64,000 bases of DNA from Enoplolaimus lenunculus (lineage: Eukaryota). Under the pieces are notes generated by a model that saw nothing but the letters and a program-made list of their open reading frames with translations, was not told the origin of the DNA and did not search any database. Where the stretch lies: assembly GCA_030248215.1 (NCBI GenBank), contig JASANG010001737.1:124001-188000 (forward strand). The letters run 5' to 3'. Shown piece by piece: positions 38,383-49,000 of this stretch (position 1 is the first letter of the stretch; every line of letters starts with the position of its first letter). A program made the translations under genes and the position numbers.

Positions 38383-39944
38383 ACGCGTAACGTACTGTTT
38401 TGGTAGCCGAATGACTAGATTTTCCGGTGCTCAATAAGCAATTTCAAGCGTTATTATTAGCTTATCAGCGGTTATCATCATCTTAATAATGTTGCTGAAG
38501 ATGTCCTGAACGAACAGTGAAAAAGTTGGTTACCTGTTGATTTCATTTGCAATAGTTACTGTGCAGATTGATTGTGAGTTTGTACAATGTACGAATGAAT
38601 CATTGTAGCTTTTTCATGATTGAAACTTTGCAGCTAGTATAGTTCACCAAAGTTTAATAATTTTCCGCAGTCAAATTACGGATCGGGAGCATTTGTAGCC
38701 AAGTAAGTTTGCTGCGTTTAGGTTTAAGGCATTTGAAAAAAACCTGTACAGATATATGTACATACTATTTTTCTCTCATAATACAGCCGGTTATCTGTTT
38801 GAGATCAGTTTGTTGTTTTTTTCCGCACCTTACGCTCGCTTGTTACAATCGATATTTAAAATATATTCCGTGTCGAAATGAAATTTTGGTTACCGTCGCT
38901 TTTATTTGTGCAGGTTTGAAAGGAAATGGTGTTTATTGGCGGTTTGAGCGCACGGGTTTCGGTTATTCCGTTTGTTTTGTTTGTATAATTATTGTTAATT
39001 TCGTATAAACACTGCATTCAGATGTTTGTTACTCGCTGTTGCATGCGTTATCATATGCTCAAAATAATTATTAATACTGCATTATGTTGTTATTTTGTTG
39101 TTTGTTACTGGTGGTGTTATATAATATTGTGTTTGTATAACATACTGGGATATAGATTGTATAATTGGTCTGTTTGTTCTTTGTCCGTTGTGCTCATGCG
39201 TTACTGTTGACTTCCGCTGTGAAAAACGGTGTAGTTAACAACATAGCGAAAGGCGAAGGCCCGTGTTAAAGTCAGGAACCTGCCAAGTGGGATATGGCAG
39301 TGGCGCTGACAGCGTTTTCGATTTCGAAATGGGTGAGAATGACAAATTTTGAAGACGACGCGTAGAGGTACGCTTGGACAGGCGAGTAGTCTGGATTTTC
39401 AGTTTGGTGGAGGCTTAGCAACACGGGGTTTACAGTAAAAAATTGGGTAATGTGGTCAACGAAATTCGCTCGGGAAATAGTTGAACGCATGCTACATTTT
39501 TAGGCAGAGTGGTGTCAAGGCATGAACAGAACAATTAAAAAACCGCGTTATTATTTAATTTATTATTCTTGAGCAAAGTGTTAATTCATAGTCAACCAAT
39601 GCGTCAATTAAACTAAATTGAAGCAACACATTTGTAAGTGAGTATAAGCAACTATCACGTGTTGAGAGTTTGGTTTTCAAACTAGCGAACTATAGCATTC
39701 GCTGATTTGGAAACTGGAACAAAAGTTGAGCAAATCAAACGCGAAAACTGTGTTAACTTTCGAAGCTAAATATTCCCTCGTCCGAGTGATCGCAAATGTT
39801 GTGCCAGTCACTGAAAGGTGTTACACGCATTTGAGAATACACGGACAAAGAACGATAACTGTACATAATGTAACTAATTATTACTTTTAAATAGTATTAT
39901 TGTTGCGCATATTTATACTTGAAGTTGAAGCTATGCTTGTTTGT

Positions 39945-39950
39945 AATAAA
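39945..39950 (+). promoter_or_regulatory. candidate polyadenylation signal for the AMPK-gamma gene
   Basis: AATAAA ~1.56 kb after the stop, followed by GT-rich sequence; another AATAAA overlaps the stop at 38378. Confidence 0.3.
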
Positions 39951-40794
39951 AATAGTCAGAGTCATCGGTTATGAATCGCAGTTTGATTGTTTGCGAACGA
40001 AGCAATGTTAAGTTTTCATTTAAAAGGATAAACAAAGCTCAGGGCTCCTAGACCTGTAAAAGTGTGTTTTGTTTCGCCAGATATTTTAGGAGGGGTTATA
40101 TTCCACCCCTCTCCGATTCTTGTGTGCCCCTGAGAAAAGTATCATTCGAGTTTGTGTTATAATATTTACGTTTACCGTCAACCTGTAATATTGCGATGCT
40201 TATCACGTTTGTTTGCTGTTGCTAAGTGCGTTTTAGGGGTGCAAAAGTATGGATGGTCGTGCTTCTGTGGTATATCTCTGCACTGTATATTTAGTATTTT
40301 CCCGTAGGGGAAGAGGTGGAAGCGTGTAACGTGCTTGTTCTTTTAAATTTAGCTGGAAACAGGAAATAGTGAAAATGTTGAAGTTTTATGAATATTGAAG
40401 GTACGTTTATGAAATCGAGTTTGGACATATCCAAATTGTTTTTGATATTACTCTGCTGATTGGAAATGTAGATGGCCCATGTAAAGATCAGGGGCGGAAC
40501 GTTTTTCTGCCGGACTACAATAGAGTAACTTAAAGCTTTCAACTAAATTTTTGCTTAGGCTTAGGAATAAGCTCATTGCTACACTTAGGCTTTGGCTTAG
40601 TCATTTAGGATCAGAATCAAGAATATGCTTTAACTATTGTTACGGCCCTATTCTATACGTTTACCATGTAAACTATTGCTAGCTGGATATATGTGCGTAG
40701 TGTTCTGTCATGAACTTTGTTATTTGTGAATTGTCGACAATGCTCATATATATTTCAGTGCTGAATAGCTACCTGAGTATATTGTAGTTTATTA

Positions 40795-41046
40795 TGCGCC
40801 GTTCACAATATAATTTTAAAGCCTGCCACAAAATGTGTCATAAGGTAGGGCTAATGCGTGGCAAGTTGAGCAGCCACACTCATATAAATAAAGTGTGTGG
40901 TAGGTATAAATATATAGAGGGTGAATTTTGCGTTAACCCTACCCTAACACGTGTCACAAAGTGCTCTGTGACAAATTTGTACCGCGTTAATCCTACCTTA
41001 TGAAACATTTTGTGATAGGCTTTAGAATTATATTGTGAACGGCGCA
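40795..41046. mobile_element. PIF/Harbinger (Tourist-like) MITE
   Basis: ~65-bp TIR TGCGCCGTTCACAATATAATT...AATTATATTGTGAACGGCGCA flanked by TTA on both sides. Confidence 0.8.
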
Positions 41047-41876
41047 TTAGTCTAAAATCATGGCGAAAAAGACTTTTAATAGTACCGATTTGTACTGTAA
41101 TTGTTTTGTTGCGTTTAACTAGAAATGCTTTCAAAATATTGTCTGCATTGCTCAATCAGTTTTTAGGTTTGTCAAATTGCTAAATACTTTGTTTACCAAA
41201 TTGGGTCTGTATGGCTCCTATATTTTTTACTTTGGGTTGCCTGATGATATTGTCATAAAGTAATTGTTTTAAAATATAAGGTTTTGTGAAAATGGTTTGA
41301 AGTAAATTAACTCGACTTCCTTAGTTCGAGCGTGCAGTAACAGTGCAAAAAGTTCACGAATAAATGTGCATATAACAATTTGTTAAGTAATGCTGAATGC
41401 TGTTTATTATCAAGGACCGATCGTTTAAAAGCGCAGAATCTGACCGAACAACAAGCGGACAGTGCGTTAGTCAAGATTGGGTGGTGTTATAGTTAAGAAA
41501 AATTTTATTGAAAAAAGTTAAAATGTTGAACTGTAAAGACCGAGTTTTAAGTCTCTATCTTTTCAAAGTTACCTGACCTAGGCAGGGTGCAACCGGAATT
41601 ATAAAACACCGGAACAGGAAAGTTAAAAAATACCGGAATCGTAAAATATAAAATTATCGCTATTAATGCTGTAAACACCCTTTAGAATGCCGAAATCCTG
41701 CAACAAATGCAGTAGTTGGTAACATTTGGTAAACTATGGAGTATGGCACAAATTGAACATTTTGGCAATACATGCACGGACAATTTTAGAGAAATAAGTT
41801 AGAAGAATATGTCAATTTTTCTTAAATTTTCAAATGAGAAAAACTTTCAATGCCGGAAAATACATCATTCGACCCA

Positions 41877-43006
41877 TATAGCACAAGGGATTCCCCTTTT
41901 CCAAGGTGGAAAACATATGGCTAGGAATGCAGCATAGCCACTTACTTCTACATGACAGCTAGGAACTCGGCTGGTTTGGTAGGAAAAATAAGCATAATGT
42001 CTGGTTGGGAAAACTAGAAAACTGAAAAATTCATAAGCCTGGATATTCCATGGTTCGGTAGGGAAAATCTGTATTGTAAAGTTTGTTTGAAAAACCGCAA
42101 AGGTGGAAAATTTAAGGTTTAGATTATCACTGGGTTGGTACGGAATATCTGAAGCATGGGTTCATTTGGAAAACGTTCCTACCTTACACAATGAAAAATT
42201 TTCCTTCTTCTCGCCAGAAACCTTCACGTTTATTAATACAAACTGTGGGTGCCCACAGCGATTTGTAGAAATAGAACGCAGGGTGTGGGTTGCCGCCCCC
42301 CAAACCTCCTGCACTACGCCGTTTTCATACTGAAGCACCAAACTGTTCAAAACTATTTCAGTAATTTTAGCAGTTTCAAAAATAAAATACTTAGTGCAGG
42401 GAGCTTGGGGGGGCGAAGCCCCCATCTTGCTTAGTACCCTTTCAAACCGCGGGGGAGATGTGAAGGATGCGCCAGCACCCCTCAGGAACATAACGTTAAA
42501 TTGACGAAAAATTTTCGCGGTAGAAACTAGTTTTAAAACAGGAAAACAAAACATTAGGTATATGTTAAAAGTGAAAAAGTTACCCCCCCACATTTTCGTT
42601 GTGTCATTGAAAAACTACAGAATTGCCGGAAATCAAACGACTAGTGTCTGGATATGCTTAGGTTTCGTTGGAAAAATTGGAAGCGTAAGATTTTGAAAGA
42701 CTAAACGCCTAAGTTCTCATTGCTTGGTAGGAAAAATCTGAACCGTACTTACTCCAGTATGACGGCTTGGAATTCCACCGTTTGGTAGGAACGATCACAA
42801 GCAAAATTTTGGTTGAGAAAATTTAGGCTTTTAAATTTTTCCACACCATTCCTACCGTACCAGACCTATGAGAAAACCTATATGTTTATCCCAGTTTTCC
42901 CAATAAAATGATTGTGTTTTTTCCTATCAAACCAGCGGAGTTTCTAGCCGTAAGGATTACGGCTGGGCTGCACGCCTGGTCTTAAGTGGTAAAGCCCTGT
43001 GCTATA
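41877..43006. mobile_element. old foldback-like element with GGTTTGGTAGGAAAAA subrepeats
   Basis: TATAGCACAAGGG...CCCTGTGCTATA termini and inverted CTAGGAACTCGGCTGGTTTGGTAGGAAAAA / TTTTCCTATCAAACCAGCGGAGTTTCTAG. Confidence 0.5.
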
Positions 43007-44136
43007 CATTAGCCCATTATTCCAAATTTCATACTATATACATATGTTCCCCAAAATATTTTTTGCTGTGGCGCTAGCGTTGCACTCTTTGCTCATATGC
43101 TCTCAGCAGTCATGGAAAGCTTCCATGAGCCTTTGCTTTTGAGATATATAACGGACATATTCTCACGAACCTTGATTTTAGTTGCGTAGAGTAACTTATA
43201 TATTTTCTTTATAAGTGAAACGGAAAATGCATAGAACCGGGCGGGCGGTACCAGTTGTAGCATATTCCTAAGCCTAAGGCTAATCGTAATAATAAGCTAA
43301 TACCTAAACCTAAGCCTAATCGTAATAATAAGCTAATACCTAAGCCTAAGCCTAGGCCTAAGCAAAAAATAGTCGAAATTTTAAGCTTACCCTATTGCAG
43401 TCCGGCAGCAAAACATTTAACCCTGATGGGCCTTTGAAGCGATGAGCTTTTGGCATTAGGTTTCTTTTCAACTCCTTATAACATTGCTCTTATTTTATGG
43501 ACGAAAGCCATTTTGATGATGGATAAAATACACCTGTTTTTAGATAATTAAGTATATCGTTAATAGCGATGTCGTCAGTCGTTTTTTTCTGAAAGATAAC
43601 CAAGCCTGAAACGCTGAGTACAACAAAATGTTGGGAGAAACACCCAAGTTAGTTATCTTTGCTTTGAGGGAGAGATCATTGTGGAGGAAAAGGCAAATTA
43701 TGACTAAAACAGTTTTAGTGTAGTTTTTCCAGGGATAAAATGCGACGCTAGTAATCTTGCTGGGAGTCGAAATTCCTATGAGGAAAATTAAACTATAACA
43801 CCAGAAAAAACTGTTAGGACTGAATTGGAAGCATACGAAATTTCTATTTAATATTTTTTATTGATGTATCCTACGTCTGTGACCGTAAAACTATCAAGTT
43901 TCGCTTCTCCTTCAGCTCCGGCAAATTTTGTTGACCTCTGGCTCCGGTATTTTCCGCTGAGTCTCAATAGTTTTGCTATGTTGTCGTCTTGTGCAATTGA
44001 AAATTTACTTTGATTTGTGGCTTTGGCTTACAAAAATTTATACGGTAAAATTTGCATTAGGCAATTTCTTAACGATTCCTGCCCTAATTCGGAAACGTAA
44101 AATTGAAAACAAATTTTTGTGTGTGCGACACAAATC

Positions 44137-44352
44137 TACACTGCAAAAGATGGTCAGTCAAATTGACTCTCTCAGAAATCGGCTCTACGGGGCTACACAA
44201 ACTGAGTCAAATTCGACTCCGCCAGAGTCAAACGTGCGACTCAGTGTGTTATATTTGACTTTGGCGGAGTCGAATTTGACTCAATTTGTGTACTCCCGTA
44301 GAGCCTATGTCAGAGAGCGTCAATTTAACAACCCACCATTTTTTGCAGTGTA
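44137..44352. mobile_element. second, more diverged copy of the palindromic TA-flanked MITE
   Basis: Same termini and internal sequence as 61116-61328. Confidence 0.85.
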
Positions 44353-44924
44353 TCGCGCCTTCGATAGTCGGCAACAAAGCCAAAAACGTAGGCGTATGAA
44401 TTTTAAGTGTTTCAAAAATTTCTATACCTGAAGCCAAAAATAATCGACTCGTAATTTTATTTCCACACAAAAATATTGCAACCGCACAATTCACAATGCG
44501 CAACGATAATTGACAGCGCACATGGATAACCGTACACTTCGTTTCTTTGTATTTCTCCGTATTGATCAATGTGTTTCCGTAGTATACAATTTTGAAACTT
44601 TCATAATTTACCGTTCACAATTTTTAACTTACAATTTTGTCCTTATATGCGCTCTCAATGTACCACATGATTGCCGTCGGCTCTGGCAGAAAATTAACCT
44701 TTAACTCGATTACATTTTTATTGAAAGCTCCGTCAATTTCGGGTAGCAATAATAAAATACGTTTTTGGTGCATGTTATATATACTTGGAGAAACAGTATT
44801 CCACCACCAAAATTTATTTACACCAAAAAATTGACGTTCCAGCAATATTTATTCAATATTATACTGAGTGGCGGATCCATTATCTCAAAATGGGGGGGAC
44901 AAAATTTCCCGATTGTTACTTTCA

Positions 44925-45779
44925 GAACTTAAGTATGCTTTAAAGTTTTGAACTCAAGTTTATTTTTGGTCCTCCAGTAATTTATGCGCTACAATTAGGG
45001 ATAATTAACATTTATGGACTCTAATTAGGGTTTAGGGACTCTATCCGTATACGCACTGTTATTAGGGTTACGGACTCCTATTGATTTTGACTTAAAATGA
45101 GGACTCCCTCTTATTACCCCTCCCTCACTCCAGGACCAAATAATTTGAGCTCCAAACTTTAAAGCGTACCTCAATTTTAAAAGTACATTCATAATTATTA
45201 CCTTGTATTATCGCTCAAGCTATTGACACAAGACAAATAAATGTCTAATTCAACGGATAATTGCAGTACAGGATATATTTCAGTAACGAAGGGCGGTATA
45301 GCGTGGGTTAAAAATAAATAACAGTCCGTAACCGAATAACAAGGGGGTGTACCCTCTGGAGAGGCCAAACAGATATCAGTCCCCCCCTTGTTATTCGGGT
45401 CAATACAGTACGGACTGTTTATTTATTTTCAACCCGACCTTCGTTACTGATATATTTCCGGAATTGCAACTTTCAGTTGAATTAAATAAACGTTTATTTG
45501 TCTTGTGTCAATAGCTTGAGTGATAATGCAAGGCAATACATAGGAATGTACTTTCAAAACTTAAGTACGCTTTAAAGTTTCTTCGAACTCAGCTATTTGG
45601 TCCTGGAGTCATTTATGCGCTACAATTTAGGGATAATTGACATATATAGACTCTAATATGGGTTTAGGGACTCCATCCCTTCACGGACTCTTATTAGGGA
45701 TACGGACTCCTATTGATTGGGACTCAAAATAGGGACCCGCCATCTTATCACCCACCCTCTTATCCCGGTCACTACAGTA
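44925..45779. mobile_element. cluster of three copies/fragments of the Tc1/mariner-like MITE in alternating orientation
   Basis: Same sequence as 55966-56390 and 62599-62925; head-to-head copies form an imperfect palindrome ~45128-45608. Confidence 0.7.
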
Positions 45780-45999
45780 AGCGACAATGCAACATAATAC
45801 AATGCTGGCCACTTTATTCCTTACAGACCGGGATAATCGTATTCAATATGTCTTCATAACTTTGTACACGCATAAAAATTGCCTAGAATTTTGTAGACTC
45901 CACTTTTCAAAGTCTTTTTTGCCAGATTGTACCACTATTTATAGTTAGCTGTAAATTCGGGTTTCCGGCTTTTCATTGGTCAATGACTTTGCCATCTCC

Positions 46000-46075
46000 A
46001 TGAATACCAGATATGGCATTCTGGTGCGAATTTGTTTGATTATTGCCAGTGCGCAACCATTTCCCATTCCTCAAA
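46000..46075 (+). CDS. candidate first exon (signal-peptide-like MNTRYGILVRICLIIASAQPFPIPQ) of the glutaredoxin-like gene
   Basis: ATG after an in-frame upstream stop, hydrophobic core and ASA-Q cleavage-like site, A|GTAAGC donor in phase 1 matching the exon at 50870. Confidence 0.45.
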
Positions 46076-49000
46076 GTAAGCGGATTATTTACCCAATTGT
46101 TTTGACAGATCCCTCGACTGGGATTATTGCTGGATAGGGCAGGAAGGTTGACAAGAATTTGTCTGGCACAGAATTCTATTTACTGTCGATATAAATGTTT
46201 CTACCGAGAATGGGGAAGATGTCCGTAAAAAGGGCGCTCGTTCGATCTCAGTCCATTTTGATGAACGTATTAGTAGTTAAACACCCCTTTTGGTATACCA
46301 CGTTTTTGGGTATACCAAACGGGGTATGGCAAAAAACGGATTTGGTATACTGATTTTAAAATATAAACATATTATAAAATGTCTATAGCGCCACCAATTT
46401 AAGTGATAGGTTTTCAAACTCACAAAGTACTGATGTACTTTACACAATGCCTCTTATTTTCATAAATAAATGTGTATATTTATTCTCATCTGTGTTGCTT
46501 ATCTAGCTTGCATAGCTAGTACATGTCAGTCACAAAGTGACTGTTTATTATTGTGTTTTTAAGGCAAGGGGTCGGGTGTTTATTAGGTAAAGACAGGGTG
46601 CAAGCGGAATTTTTACTCCAATTCCGGTTACAATTCCGCTTTAATTATTTTCGATTTTATTTTTCGACTTGTTGCATAAAAATTCGGCATTTATCTATTA
46701 AACTGATTGTAGATTAGCTTTACAGAACCACAAAATGACCGTCAGTTTGTTTACAGTTTTTGAGAAGGATTGCCAGCCAACCCAACAGACACCCAAATCA
46801 ATATATTATGCTTGTTAATAAACATTATCCATACAGTCGCAAATTTTCTAGTTCACGTCTGCGGTATAAAGTCACTGTTCCGATTCTGGTACAACCCAGT
46901 TCCGATTCCGGTACAATCCTGTTCGCTTCGCGTGCTGCTGGTAAGGAGAAGTTATAGGTGTGTGTAAGATATTATGAGCAGTGTTTACAACTGCTGTAGT
47001 AATCCGGTAGCTAGTTTGCAGTCAAAAGGACATAGGGGGTAGGCCTGCACTCGATTGTAATTACGACCGATATAGTTCAGTTCCATTTTGCACCTTTGTT
47101 CTATGTGCTGTATGCACGGCGTTAGGCGTTTGCCATCTGTTTGCGACATACTTGACCCGTATTCTCAAATGCATTATAATACCTATCACCAGCTAGCGAG
47201 ATGTTTTCAACTCAAGGAACAACGGCATTTGCAGTTTTGAGAATTGGCTCAGAGGTAGAGTATATCAAACGCAATAATGTACTGAATTTCGAACCTCACT
47301 ATTTCCTGGGCCTATATTTTCAAATGCATGTAGCACCTATCACCAGTTAGTTATAGTCTTTCAAACGTACGAACTGGTGCAATAAAAGATCTCAAATTTT
47401 ACACAGAAGTAAAGCAAATCAAATATAAATGTGCTCATGTTCAAACCTCATGATTGCCTGAGCGGAGATGCCTGCTGACCCATAAGCAAATGCCCCAACA
47501 CTGCGCTATATGCCCGCTCCTCCAATTGCTTTTATAATCGACTATATGTCGACGTCTATCCCGATAAGACAATGTGATAGCTAGTTAGCTAATACAAGAG
47601 AAAAATTGTAAAATCAGCAGTGCCAAGGCTAACCCACAACGTGCAAAACGGAACTGGATTATACCGGAATCGGCGTCGGAACAGCACATTTATACCGGAA
47701 TTCTAAGCGGAATCGGAATCGAAATTAGGAATTTTGTGCTGAACTCGTTTTGAATCGGAATTCTAATCGGAATCGGAATTCCAGTTGCACCCTGCTAACC
47801 CAAGGTGCAAGGAACCTAAGCATCGAGATATATACGTATGCAATGCAGGTTAATAAACGTGTGATAAGTTGGGTAGGTTGGGGGTACGATGGTTCTTAGT
47901 TCTGACTTCTCAGCAACTGAAAATGAGGGACGCTCCCAGGAGGTTTCGAACTCGGTCTTCAAATTATCAGTCCAGCGCGCTATCCACTGACCTGAAGACT
48001 TGAACTCTAATCCAGGGTGACAACAAAGGTTCGGGTTCGGGTTCGGCAAAAATTTGAGGTTCGGATTCAGATTCGGCAAAAATTTGAGATTCGGATTTGG
48101 ATGTGAAAAAGCCGTATACAAAAGCCGAATCCAAGAAAGTTCGGCAATATGTTTTTTTTTTCATTTTAAACAATAAAATTTTTAAATACCTTGCATAAAA
48201 AATCAATATTTTTTATTTCAGGTGAGAAATCTCAGAACTGACGTCGGGACGAAATAATTAAAAGTTATACGGCTGGCATTGCGTTGATATTCTGAAACAA
48301 GTTATAGACATAAATGAAATTTGCAACATGCAGGATTTGGATTCGGATTCGGTTTCGGATTCGGCAAATTAGCACCGGATTCGGATTCGGATTCGGTCAA
48401 ATCGTGGATTTGGTGCCACCCTGCTCTAACCGTCATAAACTTTTGTAATTTTATGAGAACAGCTCATTTACATTAATTCTGTCAAACACAAACACGCCAG
48501 AGATATAACAGATTCTGGGGTGTGTGGCATGCGGATGCATAGAGGCAAGTTATAACCTCATGCTAATGCTGCACATCGGTAAAAATCACTGCTACATATG
48601 TAGTGCTTTTATATGCAGCAGCAGCAACAGTAAAACTAGGAAGAACCAAAATACATGTGTCACGTGGAGGTTCTTATAAGGCATACAAACTGGAAAACTC
48701 AGCAGTTGATTGTGAGGCGGCGCGGGTCAGTGGATAGCGCGCTGGACTGATAATTTGAAGACCGAGTTCGAAACCTCCTGGGAGCGTCCCTCATTTTCAG
48801 TTGCTGAGAAGTCAGAACTAAGAACCATCGTACCCCCAAGCTACCCAACTTATCACACGTTTATTAACCTGCATTGCATACGTATATATCTCGATGCTTA
48901 GGTTTCTTGCACCTTGGGTTAGCAGGGTGCAACTGGAATTCCGATTCCGATTAGAATTCCGATTCAAAACGAGTTCAGCACAAAATTCCTAATTTCGATT

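Noticed and set aside
48716..48790. Functional tRNA gene
   Set aside because: A/B-box-like motifs are present, but acceptor and anticodon stems do not pair convincingly; better explained as a SINE head.
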